Positions 7,986 through 18,126 of a stretch of DNA of 64,000 nt are shown one piece after another. The position numbers and the translations under genes were made by a program. The stretch comes from Obrimoposthia wandeli (taxonomy: Eukaryota). The DNA lies in assembly GCA_977020255.1 (NCBI GenBank), contig CDROCS010000321.1:1-64000 (forward strand), given 5' to 3'. Below the pieces are notes generated by a model that saw only the letters and a list, made by a program, of their open reading frames with translations, was not told the DNA's origin and did no database searches. Numbering within the stretch: the stretch's first letter is position 1; each line of letters starts with the position of its first letter.

Positions 7986-8558
7986 GTGAACCACATTTCC
8001 TCAAAACTACTTCTATTATCAACATTACTGCTTAGTGGCTGCTCTGTAATTACTTACGAATTACGTGATGAGTTGCCTGAATCTAAGCAAATAGCGACGT
8101 GTGATATCGCATTTACTTTATCACTGCAAAGCGAAGCGAACACTAATACGTTTGGTGATGTCGAGCATGCAGATGAAGAACGTAACAGCTTAAAGCAGGA
8201 CTATATCGCTTCAACGCTAAACACCTTAGATGAACTTGGCTGCGAAGCTACACTTGCGTCAAATACAGCAGAGAGTAACTTCTCAATTGTGGTATCACGC
8301 GATCTGCAACTAAGCGCGCTGCCGCAAGAGTTTTTAACGGGACTGTCGCTGGGTATTATCCCAAGTTGGGGCACTAAGTATGGCCAGTACAAATATACAT
8401 TTACTCGCAATAGCGGTGAGTCTTATAGCTACAACATAGACCAAGACAACTATAACCACCTTGTATTGTTTCCGGTGTTTTGGGTGTCGTACTTCACTGC
8501 TAACGAACAAGATATTTATAACGATGCGTTAATCAATTTCATTCGTAGCGCTCCGTAG
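7986..8558 (+). CDS. Hypothetical lipoprotein
   Basis: 190-aa ORF with a lipobox-like LLLSGC signal; no family recognised. Confidence 0.7.
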   Translation: MNHISSKLLLLSTLLLSGCSVITYELRDELPESKQIATCDIAFTLSLQSEANTNTFGDVEHADEERNSLKQDYIASTLNTLDELGCEATLASNTAESNFSIVVSRDLQLSALPQEFLTGLSLGIIPSWGTKYGQYKYTFTRNSGESYSYNIDQDNYNHLVLFPVFWVSYFTANEQDIYNDALINFIRSAP

Positions 8559-8612
8559 ATAGTTAAATTTCGACTTTTCCATATTCAAACGCTTCGATAT
8601 CTCAATCAGTAA

Positions 8613-8710
8613 TCGTTACCTTGCACTTTTAAATTTATAAGGTGTTGTTAATAAATAAATGAAATCGTTTCTTTTGTAAGTTATTCATACTGAATATTCC
8701 AATAAGGCAC
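8613..8710 (-). mobile_element. Remnant of the element recombinase 5' region and upstream leader, lacking the right terminus
   Basis: cgttaccttgcac...ggtgttgttaataaa...ttcatactgaatattccaataaggcac matches 1817-1915 and 4880-4975. Confidence 0.75.
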
Positions 8711-9057
8711 ACTCGGTCTATTCAAGTTAGTGATTTAGGTTGTAATTGGATGATTTAACCTCAAATGATTCCTACAGCCTATTATCTACCAACAAACGTC
8801 CCCAAAGACTCAGCCGTTCTAGTCTAGATTAAGTCATATGACAAAATATGTGACCTTATCCTATAAAAATTAAAATTTTTTATTTATACCATCATTTGTG
8901 ATCTATTCTTTTAAAACTAACGTACTGTATTTTATTGCATTGTGTTGTCTTCATATTAATGACGATACTCAATATTGGGGCAATTCCAAAATGAATACTC
9001 TCTGTGATTACGAAGGGAGTTGTGGGCTTATAAAGATAAACTTGGGATATAACATAC

Positions 9058-12000
9058 ATGACAGAGTTAAAACTGGATTGCCACAATGGCGATAATATTG
9101 TTGATTTATTTCGAAGCCAAATAGATCTACACGGAACAAATACAGCCGTATCTTTCCAAGATAGAAGCATTACCTATCAGCAACTTGGTGAAAAAAGTGT
9201 AGCGCTAGCATTATATTTACAACAGCAGGGCGTCTGTGTAGACGGATGTGTTGGCTTATTTGTAGACCCGTCAATTGAGTTAATGGTCGGTGTATGGGGA
9301 ATTTTACAGTCTGGCTCTGCTTATTTACCGTTAGCCCCCGAATATCCAGATGACCGTCTAAAATACATGCTTGAAAACAGCCAGTGTAAAATTATTGTAG
9401 TGCAAGATGAGTTAGTGGAACGACTGGCTACCCTCGTTTTAGATGATGTCGTATTAATAACATTTTCACAGGTAACTCACTTTTTCATCACCAAACAAAC
9501 ACCTCAATATTATATGCTCACACAGCATGCCGCATCACATAACTTAGCGTATGTAATTTACACATCGGGCAGTACAGGTAAACCAAAAGGTGTGATGATA
9601 GAACACAAAAGTATTGCTAACCAAATGGATTGGTTATCGACTCATTTTTCATTAGATTCTAAAAGTGTTGTTTTACAGAAAACACCAATGAGCTTTGATG
9701 CTGCTCAGTGGGAAATTCTGTCCTCATGTTGCGGAGCTCGGGTTGTCATGGGTGAGGCGAGCATATATAAAAATCCTGAGAAACTTGTAGATGCCATGAT
9801 GCATCATGACGTTTCAATGTTACAAGGCGTACCTACTTTACTACTCGCGCTACTCAATGTTGAAAAGTTCACCCTATGTACTTCGCTAACTCAAATATTT
9901 AGTGGCGGTGAAGCGCTGTCAAAACACCTTGCCAATGAACTTTCAGCGCAATTACCGCATTGCAGTATTATTAATTTATATGGGCCAACTGAGTGCACGA
10001 TCAACAGTTCAGCTCATATTGTTGATATTAAAGAAACTCAAGATAGTGCTGATACTATTTCTATTGGTAAACCTATACAAAATACACAGTATTATATTTT
10101 AAATAAGGATATGAAACCTGTCGCTGTAGGCGATATTGGTGAACTTTATATTGCTGGTGTCGGTTTAGCGAGAGGTTACTTACATCGTGATGATTTAACT
10201 GAAGATCGTTTCATAAGCCATTTTTTTGATGATCAAGAAATAAGTCAAAGACTCTACAAAACGGGTGATTTAGCTTATTGGAATGAAAATGGTTCGGTGC
10301 AATATTCAGGTCGAGTTGATAACCAAGTTAAGCTTCGAGGCTATCGCGTTGAATTAGATGAAATTAAATCCATAATAGAAAGTCACGACTGGGTAAATAA
10401 CGCTGCGGTATTCTTGAAGAAAGACCAGTATACCGGTTACCAAAACCTTATCTCGATGATCGAATTAAATCCCAGAGAAGCGGCGTTGATGGATCAAGGT
10501 AATCACGACCCCCATCATCAATCTAAGAAAAGTCGTAGCCAAGTTAAAATGCAGTTAACGAATACCGGTTGCCGCCAAGATGCTGAAATAGTGAATAAAT
10601 CAATAATTGATTTACCGGGTAAAATAGCGACCGAAAAACAACGGAAGCTTGTATTTTCCCGTAAAAGTTATCGTTTTTTTGAGGGTGGGAATATCACTAA
10701 AGCAGATATCCTTAACGTACTCAACCGTAAAGTAAATTACGATCATTATGCTAAATTATCCGATCTTAACTATGCTGATTTTGGTCGTATTTTAAGGTAT
10801 TTTGGCCAGTTCCATTCTGAGAATAGATTGTTACCTAAATATGGTTATGCGTCACCGGGTGCCTTGTATGCAACTCAAATGTATCTTGAATTAAGTGGTA
10901 TTGGAAACCTGACCCCTGGTTATTACTATTACCATCCAGTGCATCACCAATTAGTACTGCTTGCTGAGAAAGAATTTGCTGAAAAAGAGCTTGCTGAGAA
11001 TGAAGCCACTCACAATAAAAATAGCTGCACGGTACAATTTAAAGTGCATTTTGTGGGAAAAAAATCGGCCATTGAACCCATATATAAAAATAATATTTTA
11101 GAAGTATTAGAAATGGAAGTTGGTCACATGGTTGGATTTTTCGAAAATATCTTACCAAATTATGGTTTAAGTATTAAATCCAGCGATTACGTGCCCAGCA
11201 CAATGCAATTATTTGAGGTCGAGCAAAACGATTATTACCTTGGTAGCTTTAACATAGTGTCTGGTACTAAAGACGTCATGAATGATGATGTCAGCTTGTA
11301 TTTACAAGCTCATCCAGGGCAAGTATCAGGGCTTAAAGCCGGTAAATATTTGTATGAAAACGGTGAGTTAGAATACGTATCTAGTGAGATGATTTTAAAG
11401 AAACATGTTATTGCCATTAATCAATCTGTTTATGAAAGAGCTTCATTTGGGATTTCCGTTCTAAGTACAACGGATGAGCATTGGTTGGGATACATAAACT
11501 TAGGGCGCAAGTTACAATCGTTACAGATGAACGATTTTAATATTGGTTTCATGTCTTCAGGCTACAGCTCAAAAACGGGTAATAATCTACCATCAGCTAA
11601 GCGCATCCAGCATATTCTTAATAAAGATGTAGGGCCGTCATATTTCTTTATCGGCGGTCTTATCAGCGATGAGCAAATACTCAGTGATGGTATGAATGAA
11701 GATGTAGTTCACATGAAAGGACCATCAGAAATTATTCAAGATGATCTGGTCAAGTTTCTGCCAACTTATATGATGCCAAATACAATTAAAGTGATAGATA
11801 AAATGCCATTAACTGTCAATGGAAAAATAGATATTAAGGCGTTGCTTACGGTAGAGACTGATTGTATCCACGAGGAACATATCGAACCTGCAAATGACGT
11901 TGAACGTGTGGTATTAGATATTTGGAAGAAAGGCTTAAACAGAGACTTAATTTCAGTTAATACGGACTTTTTTGAACTCGGTGGTAATTCACTTATCGCT

Positions 12001-12909
12001 GTGAGTGTTATCAATAAAATAAATACAACCTTGTCTTGCGACTTACCATTACAAATAATTTTTTCTTCTCCAACAATTCAAAAGTTAGCACAAGCTGTTA
12101 ATCAAAAAGAGGATGATTCAGCGTCGCGGTTAGTCCCTTTTCAAGTAAAAGGTAAGGGGAGTCCCATTTACTGCTGGCCAGGATTGGGGGGATATTGTAT
12201 GAATTTGCGATTGTTGTCTGAAAAATTGGGTACAGACCGCGCTTTTTTTGGTGTGCAAGCATATGGTATTAATGTCGGAGAAACCCCTTACCAAACGATA
12301 AGCGAAATGGCTGCCAAAGATGTTGCGATGATAAAGCAAAATCAGGGCGAAGGTCCTTATACGTTATGGGGGTATTCATTTGGTGCACGCGTTGCTTTTG
12401 AGGCTTGTTATCAATTAGAGCAAGCTGGCGATGTCGTTGAAAACTTATACTTAATTGCACCAGGCTCACCGAAAGTAGCGGTTGGACATAGCTCAAGTGA
12501 AGATAGCGAAGCAACATTTACTAACAAAAAGTTTTTAACCATATTGTATTCGGTATTTATGGGGACGATAAAGAGTAATTCATTAATAGAGTGTTTGTCT
12601 GTTGTGGATACCAAAGACAAATTTATTCACTTTATCTGTGAGTTGAATAACCAACTCGAAACCGGTTTAGTGATGCGGATCATCGATATAGTCACGATGA
12701 CTTTTGAATTTACCTACTCGTTTAGTGAACTCAGACAGCGTCAATTAAAGGCGCCTATTAAAATCATTAAAGCGACCGGAGACGACTATTCATTTATTGA
12801 AAATAATAACGTTTTCTCTATCACTGAGCCTGTTATAGAAAAAATTGCAGCAAACCATTACACCATGCTTAAAACAACACATATTGATCAACTTGTTGCT
12901 GTTTTATAG
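9058..12909 (+). CDS. indC: Single-module NRPS A(Ox)-T-TE, indigoidine synthetase (IndC/BpsA type)
   Basis: 1283 aa. A-domain motifs YVIYTSGSTGKPKG, FSGGE, YGPTE, YKTGD; specificity residues read DAWQFGLINK (Gln). Embedded Ox domain (SRKSYRFF, YASPGALY), T domain DFFELGGNSL, TE WGYSFG. Confidence 0.9.
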   Translation: MTELKLDCHNGDNIVDLFRSQIDLHGTNTAVSFQDRSITYQQLGEKSVALALYLQQQGVCVDGCVGLFVDPSIELMVGVWGILQSGSAYLPLAPEYPDDRLKYMLENSQCKIIVVQDELVERLATLVLDDVVLITFSQVTHFFITKQTPQYYMLTQHAASHNLAYVIYTSGSTGKPKGVMIEHKSIANQMDWLSTHFSLDSKSVVLQKTPMSFDAAQWEILSSCCGARVVMGEASIYKNPEKLVDAMMHHDVSMLQGVPTLLLALLNVEKFTLCTSLTQIFSGGEALSKHLANELSAQLPHCSIINLYGPTECTINSSAHIVDIKETQDSADTISIGKPIQNTQYYILNKDMKPVAVGDIGELYIAGVGLARGYLHRDDLTEDRFISHFFDDQEISQRLYKTGDLAYWNENGSVQYSGRVDNQVKLRGYRVELDEIKSIIESHDWVNNAAVFLKKDQYTGYQNLISMIELNPREAALMDQGNHDPHHQSKKSRSQVKMQLTNTGCRQDAEIVNKSIIDLPGKIATEKQRKLVFSRKSYRFFEGGNITKADILNVLNRKVNYDHYAKLSDLNYADFGRILRYFGQFHSENRLLPKYGYASPGALYATQMYLELSGIGNLTPGYYYYHPVHHQLVLLAEKEFAEKELAENEATHNKNSCTVQFKVHFVGKKSAIEPIYKNNILEVLEMEVGHMVGFFENILPNYGLSIKSSDYVPSTMQLFEVEQNDYYLGSFNIVSGTKDVMNDDVSLYLQAHPGQVSGLKAGKYLYENGELEYVSSEMILKKHVIAINQSVYERASFGISVLSTTDEHWLGYINLGRKLQSLQMNDFNIGFMSSGYSSKTGNNLPSAKRIQHILNKDVGPSYFFIGGLISDEQILSDGMNEDVVHMKGPSEIIQDDLVKFLPTYMMPNTIKVIDKMPLTVNGKIDIKALLTVETDCIHEEHIEPANDVERVVLDIWKKGLNRDLISVNTDFFELGGNSLIAVSVINKINTTLSCDLPLQIIFSSPTIQKLAQAVNQKEDDSASRLVPFQVKGKGSPIYCWPGLGGYCMNLRLLSEKLGTDRAFFGVQAYGINVGETPYQTISEMAAKDVAMIKQNQGEGPYTLWGYSFGARVAFEACYQLEQAGDVVENLYLIAPGSPKVAVGHSSSEDSEATFTNKKFLTILYSVFMGTIKSNSLIECLSVVDTKDKFIHFICELNNQLETGLVMRIIDIVTMTFEFTYSFSELRQRQLKAPIKIIKATGDDYSFIENNNVFSITEPVIEKIAANHYTMLKTTHIDQLVAVL

Positions 12910-12939
12910 CTAATTTACTCTTTTATTTAAGGAAGAATA

Positions 12940-13161
12940 ATGCCACATATAAATATTAAACATTTCCCTTCACTCAGTGAAGAACAGCATATAGCGTTGG
13001 CTAAAAGCATCACAGAAGCGGTAACTAAAGTGGTTGGTTGTGATGCCGGCGTTGTCTCTATTGCTGTAGAGCCCGTAGATCCCGAAGTGTGGAATGAACA
13101 AGTATATATTCCAGAAATTGTCGGACGAAAAGAGACGTTAATTAAGATACCTGAATATTAA
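12940..13161 (+). CDS. 4-oxalocrotonate tautomerase-family protein
   Basis: Begins MPHINIK (catalytic Pro1), 73 aa, VSIAVEPV...W; directly downstream of indC. Confidence 0.85.
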   Translation: MPHINIKHFPSLSEEQHIALAKSITEAVTKVVGCDAGVVSIAVEPVDPEVWNEQVYIPEIVGRKETLIKIPEY

Positions 13162-13229
13162 TCCAGTAAATAAGCGGTAGCATTCTATTAATCATTATTG
13201 ATTGCTACCCCCACAAACAAATAAATAGA

Positions 13230-13688
13230 TTAAGTAATGGGCATGACCATGCCAGGCATATTGCTAGGGCGTTCAACAAAACCCTGTTTTTGATAAACAC
13301 CCGCCACATTTGCTGCCGCCATTAAGCCAAAAAAAGCGCCTGGTTCGGCAATACTTTTTACCTGGCTGACCAAATGTTCAGTGATACGTTGACACAATCC
13401 TAGTTTTTGATGGGCAGGGTCAACAATCATATCTTGGAGGTAAAAATATTGATGGCCATCACCAACAATACGGCCCATAGCAACAGCTTGGCCTTGATGC
13501 CAGATACTGGCAAAGAAAATAGAATTAGACAGCGCTTTGGTTAAAGTGGGTTCGCTTAAGCTATCCCAACCCACCGAAGCCCGTAACCTAATGACGGTTT
13601 GGCTATCTAATATATGTTCTTTTAGTAGGTAATCATTCATTGAGGTTTGCCTTTGGCTAAAATTAAATAATACCTTAGTTAGATCCAA
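13230..13688 (-). CDS. GNAT family N-acetyltransferase
   Basis: MGRIVGDG...YLQDMIVDPAHQKLGL...VYQKQGF. Confidence 0.85.
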   Translation of the reverse strand: MDLTKVLFNFSQRQTSMNDYLLKEHILDSQTVIRLRASVGWDSLSEPTLTKALSNSIFFASIWHQGQAVAMGRIVGDGHQYFYLQDMIVDPAHQKLGLCQRITEHLVSQVKSIAEPGAFFGLMAAANVAGVYQKQGFVERPSNMPGMVMPIT

Positions 13689-13761
13689 CTTAGAAGCGCC
13701 TAGTTCGCGCGTATAAAATCAAATGTTAGTCAATCAACTATGGCAGAATTAAGAGATAAAT

Positions 13762-14700
13762 ATGACAAAATTTTATAATAATATCATCGAATTAATTGGC
13801 AATACCCCAATAGTTAAATTGAATAAAATTTCTAATGATTTACCTGGAAATATTTACGCAAAATTAGAAATGTTTAACCCTATGTCTAGTGTTAAAGACC
13901 GTATTGCATTATCAATGATAAATACTGCGGAAAGAGATGGTCTAATTGAAGCGGGGAAATCGGTAATTATAGAAGCTACTTCTGGTAATACGGGGATTGG
14001 CTTAGGTCTCGTTGCTAAGCAGATGGGATACCGCACCATGGTAGTGCTCGCTGATACGATGAGTATTGAACGCGTTAAAGTACTTAAAGCTCAGGGCGTT
14101 GAAGTAGTAAGAACACCTGGCGCTGACGGCTTTGCCGCCGTTATCGCTAAAGTAAAAGAGTTATTAGAAACAATACCGAATGCTTGGTCTCCAATGCAAT
14201 TTGATAATATGGCTAATCCTCAAGCTCATTATGAAACAACCGGTATGGAAATTTGGCGCGACATGGAAGGTGATATAGATATGTTTGTTACCGGGCTTGG
14301 AACTGGTGGTACCATTTCTGGCGTAGGGCGATATCTAAAAGAGCAAAACCCGCTGATAAAAATTGTCGCAGTAGAGCCTGAAAATTGTGCTTTATTATCA
14401 GGTGGTGATCCTGGTCTTCATAAAATCCAAGGGCTAAATGCAGGCTTTATTGCCAAAACGACAGACGTCCCCTTAATTGATGAAGCCATTATTATTCAAG
14501 ATCAGGATGCGTTTACAATGTCGCGTTTTTTACTCCGTGAAGAAGGGGTTTTTGGTGGTATTTCAACAGGAGCATCACTTTACGGTGCTATTGAGTTAGC
14601 TAAACGACCTGAAAATGAAGGGAAAAATATTGTTACCTTGTTTCCATCTGGCGGAGAGCGTTATTTAAGTACGCCGTTGTGGGATGTTGAGGAACTTTAA
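13762..14700 (+). CDS. cysK: Cysteine synthase A-like PLP enzyme
   Basis: LIGNTPIV...AKLEMFNPMSSVKDR, EATSGNTGIG, GLGTGGT, HKIQG. Confidence 0.85.
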   Translation: MTKFYNNIIELIGNTPIVKLNKISNDLPGNIYAKLEMFNPMSSVKDRIALSMINTAERDGLIEAGKSVIIEATSGNTGIGLGLVAKQMGYRTMVVLADTMSIERVKVLKAQGVEVVRTPGADGFAAVIAKVKELLETIPNAWSPMQFDNMANPQAHYETTGMEIWRDMEGDIDMFVTGLGTGGTISGVGRYLKEQNPLIKIVAVEPENCALLSGGDPGLHKIQGLNAGFIAKTTDVPLIDEAIIIQDQDAFTMSRFLLREEGVFGGISTGASLYGAIELAKRPENEGKNIVTLFPSGGERYLSTPLWDVEEL

Positions 14701-14815
14701 CTATTAATGATTAACAACAGAAACTTAAAACCTAATTATGTTTAAACCCTTTCAGATTTATCCGCAAGGGTTGCCATATTATCACTGGTTATTTAGTTTT
14801 TAGAAGGGGATATAA

Positions 14816-15220
14816 ATGTTGGAAGTGCTAGCAATAGATCACATCGTATTAAGAACCACTAAACTGAAGGAGATGCTTGATTTCTATACCAATATATTAA
14901 GCTGCACCATTGAACGAGAGACCGCGCTAGAAACTGGCCTCACTCAGCTTCGAGCGGGTAGTGCACTTATCGATTTAGTGGTCGTTAATAGCAGGCTTGG
15001 CGCTGTTGGCGGCGGTCCGCCAAGCAAAACAGAAAGAAATGTCGATCATTTTTGCTTACAAATCAAGTCAGTTCCAGAGCAAGAGATTATTAGTTTTCTT
15101 CAAAAAAGTGGCATAGAAGTTGGTGAGTTTGCCAGTCGATACGGAGCTCAAGGTGAAGGAAATTCGATTTATATACAAGATCCTGAAGGGAATGGTGTGG
15201 AACTGAGATGCCGAACTTAG
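14816..15220 (+). CDS. VOC family protein
   Basis: IDHIVLRT...DHFC...SIYIQDPEGNGVEL. Confidence 0.85.
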   Translation: MLEVLAIDHIVLRTTKLKEMLDFYTNILSCTIERETALETGLTQLRAGSALIDLVVVNSRLGAVGGGPPSKTERNVDHFCLQIKSVPEQEIISFLQKSGIEVGEFASRYGAQGEGNSIYIQDPEGNGVELRCRT

Positions 15221-15414
15221 TATTTTTAACGCCATAAAGTGATCATTGCTACTATTTTGACATGGGTGATTCAAGTGGCGAGTAACATAGCTAGACTTGT
15301 ATATAACTTATAAAGCTAAACAATTTCCTTCAATAGCGTATTTATCTAATCATGGTATTAAACAATAGATAAATATTTAATCGTTAGCGTGCCATTAAAA
15401 TAGATTGATAAAAA

Positions 15415-16467
15415 ATGATACTACTTTTTACTTTCGTCTTTATCGCTGTTGGGGTTTCTTTCTTATGTTCTATCGCAGAAGCGGTATTACTGAGCGTTCC
15501 AACGTCTTTTATTGTTAATGCAGAGCAGGAGGGGGAGCTCTATGGTTCTGTACTACGGGAGTTAAAAAATGATATTAATAGCCCACTTGCAGTTATTCTT
15601 ACGTTAAATACTGTTGCTCATACCATGGGGGCTGCGGGGGCTGGTGCTCAGATTGTAGCGGTATTCGGTAATATGTCTCTTGGTATTTTCTCTGCAGTGC
15701 TGACCTTGATTATTTTAGTTTTTTCTGAAATCCTTCCTAAGGCGTTAGGAGCACACTATTGGCGAAGATTAGCACCAGTGACTGCTTATACACTACGTTT
15801 TTTAATTCGGGTTCTATACCCTTTTGTTTTGTTATCTAATAGACTCACTCGAGGATTAACTAATGGATCTTCCCTGCAGGGGTTTAGTCGTCAGGAGTTT
15901 AAGGCTATGGTCGAGTTAGGTGAGCAGGAGGGCGAGTTGGATAAGCTAGAGTCGATGGTGTTAAAAAACCTGTTTTGTTTACGTGAAACTCTGGTCCAAA
16001 ATGTAATGACGCCTCGAACGGTTGTGTTTGCCATACAGGAAGATAAGCCTATTCTGGATGTTATTGGCAAGCATAACCGTAAAGTATTTTCTCGTATTCC
16101 CTTGTTTTCAGATCCTGAAACTATCACCGGTTTTGTGTTGCGCAATGATTTATTTGTGGCGCAAAATGAAGGTTATAGTGATGCACCTATTAAAAACTAT
16201 CGACGCGAGCTTAGCGCTGTTTTGGATGTCGCTTCACTGTTCCAAGTTTTTGAAACGTTTATCAGTGAAGGCGCACACATCATGTTAGTCGTGAATGAGT
16301 ACGGTGACATGCAAGGCATCGTGACTCTCGAAGATATACTAGAAAGTCTACTTGGAGTGGAAATTGTGGATGAATTAGATACAGTGGAAAATATGAAAGT
16401 GTTAGCACGCCGCTTGGGGACTTTGCGGCGAAAAAAGATGGGGTTGGATCAGGACTCTAAACTCTAA
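15415..16467 (+). CDS. CNNM (DUF21) plus CBS-domain protein (CorC/HlyC family)
   Basis: SFLCSIAEAVLLS, FSEILPKALG, VMTPR, FSRIP, GIVTLEDILE. Confidence 0.88.
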   Translation: MILLFTFVFIAVGVSFLCSIAEAVLLSVPTSFIVNAEQEGELYGSVLRELKNDINSPLAVILTLNTVAHTMGAAGAGAQIVAVFGNMSLGIFSAVLTLIILVFSEILPKALGAHYWRRLAPVTAYTLRFLIRVLYPFVLLSNRLTRGLTNGSSLQGFSRQEFKAMVELGEQEGELDKLESMVLKNLFCLRETLVQNVMTPRTVVFAIQEDKPILDVIGKHNRKVFSRIPLFSDPETITGFVLRNDLFVAQNEGYSDAPIKNYRRELSAVLDVASLFQVFETFISEGAHIMLVVNEYGDMQGIVTLEDILESLLGVEIVDELDTVENMKVLARRLGTLRRKKMGLDQDSKL

Positions 16468-16583
16468 AATAGTTGTCATTTTTTCTTGGTCTGCTCAATT
16501 TTCGTTAGAAACTCGCCTATAACTTGAGGTTCAATTATACACGAGCTCAACAGCATGAGATAAGTATGGTCTACCACCTCATC

Positions 16584-17777
16584 TCATCTTCTATTTCTTT
16601 TTTTTACCTTTTTCTTGGCTTTTTTAGGCGCTTCAGCAAACTCTTTATGGAAAGGCTGTTCTGTCACAACTGGAATGACTTGCCCAATGCTCTTTTCAAT
16701 ACTCTTTAATAGCGTTACATCATTTTCGACAGCAAATGAAATGGCCATGCCACTTTTCCCTGCACGCGCCGTTCGCCCTATACGGTGTATGTAGTTTCTT
16801 GGATCTTCAGGCAGGTTATAGTTAATGACTAACGTAATATTATCAACATCAATACCACGAGCTGCAACATCAGTTGCCACTAATACGCTTAAATCAGCCT
16901 CTTTAAACTGTTGTAATGCGCTTTCCCTCGCTGCTTGTGTTTTACCACTGTGAAGGCTAGCGGCTGTGATGGATGCTTCTTCTAGTGCTTGAACTATGAT
17001 GTCAGCGCCAGGCTTTGTTTTACAAAAGATGAGTACTTTTTCATAGTCAGATTCTTTCAAGAGATTAAGTAGCAAGGGTACTTTATTCGATTTTTCAAGA
17101 TGGTATACACTTTGATTAATCAAGTCGACAGTCACCGTTTCTGCCGTAATTTGAACTTTTATTGGGTCCGTTAATATTGCTTGTGCAAGTATTTCTATTT
17201 CTGCAGGCATAGTCGCTGAAAACAACAGTGTTTGTCGGTGCTTTGGTAGTTTAGATATGATGCGTTGAACATCCTTAAAGAACCCCATATCCAGCATTGT
17301 ATCTGCTTCATCTAACACGAATACTTCTAACGCATTAAAATCTATATCGCCCGTTTTAATTAAATCCAATAACCTGCCAGGGGTGGCGACTAAAATATCA
17401 AGTCCAAGTGCGATAGAGTCAACTTGATCTTGTCTTCCGACACCACCATAAACCACCTTCGTTTTAAGCCCTAAACCATCAGCGTAGTCATCAATGTTTT
17501 GCATTATTTGCGAGGCAAGCTCTCGCGTGGGCGTGAGTATGAGCGAACGCGTGTTCTTGGCTTTGATCTCTATTTTATTGCGCCCAAAATTATTGATAAT
17601 AGGCAATGAAAAGGCCGCTGTTTTTCCTGTGCCTGTTTGCGCTATACCAAGAAGGTCATGGCCATTAATAAGCGCTGGGATACATTCTTTTTGGATTGGA
17701 GTGGGCTGTTTATAGCCTTTAAGATTAACGCGGTCAATAATTGACGCTAAAAGTGAAAATGCTTTAAATTCTGACAT
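16584..17777 (-). CDS. DEAD-box RNA helicase (RhlE-like)
   Basis: PTPIQ, AQTGTGKT, PTRELA, DEAD, SAT, HRIGRTARAG; likely start MSEFKAF at 17777. Confidence 0.92.
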   Translation of the reverse strand: MSEFKAFSLLASIIDRVNLKGYKQPTPIQKECIPALINGHDLLGIAQTGTGKTAAFSLPIINNFGRNKIEIKAKNTRSLILTPTRELASQIMQNIDDYADGLGLKTKVVYGGVGRQDQVDSIALGLDILVATPGRLLDLIKTGDIDFNALEVFVLDEADTMLDMGFFKDVQRIISKLPKHRQTLLFSATMPAEIEILAQAILTDPIKVQITAETVTVDLINQSVYHLEKSNKVPLLLNLLKESDYEKVLIFCKTKPGADIIVQALEEASITAASLHSGKTQAARESALQQFKEADLSVLVATDVAARGIDVDNITLVINYNLPEDPRNYIHRIGRTARAGKSGMAISFAVENDVTLLKSIEKSIGQVIPVVTEQPFHKEFAEAPKKAKKKVKKRNRR

Positions 17778-17927
17778 GCTGGCTCGGTATGCTTTAATCA
17801 ATAACCGATTATTCTAACAGAATGCTTTAATATATTTAAGATGTATTCAAGCTGGTTGTTTCTGACTAATCCCCACGACATCGGTCATAAAAAGAGTTAA
17901 CAAAAAAGAGTTCAGTAATCAAGTGTT

Positions 17928-18055
17928 CTGAGCGTTTACCTTATAGTATTTAATTGGTAAGGTATCGTCCATAAAGATAATTAAATCCTGCTGTTGTGAA
18001 TCATTGATATTGCTAAATCCAATAAGGCACCACCATTATGGTGATGCTTGTGGTT
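17928..18055 (-). mobile_element. Remnant of the element recombinase 5' region and leader
   Basis: ctgagcgtttacctt...ccataaagataattaaat...ccaataaggcaccaccattatggtgatgc matches the element leader. Confidence 0.75.
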
Positions 18056-18074
18056 AGGGTTCACTACACATTTG

Positions 18075-18111
18075 AGTCAACAATTTTAGTCTGCTTAACG
18101 CGGCGTTATAT
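18075..18111 (+). other. Right half of an attC site
   Basis: ...caacaattttagtctgcttaacgcggc GTTATAT resembles the 3' part of the attC at 5043-5141 and precedes a gene with an RBS. Confidence 0.65.
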
Positions 18112-18126
18112 TTTTAGAGAGGATTT

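Noticed and set aside
13762-14700. cysK and GNAT as tailoring genes of the indigoidine pathway
   Set aside because: Indigoidine needs only the holo-NRPS and Gln; the GNAT is convergent and there is no sequence evidence of co-transcription.
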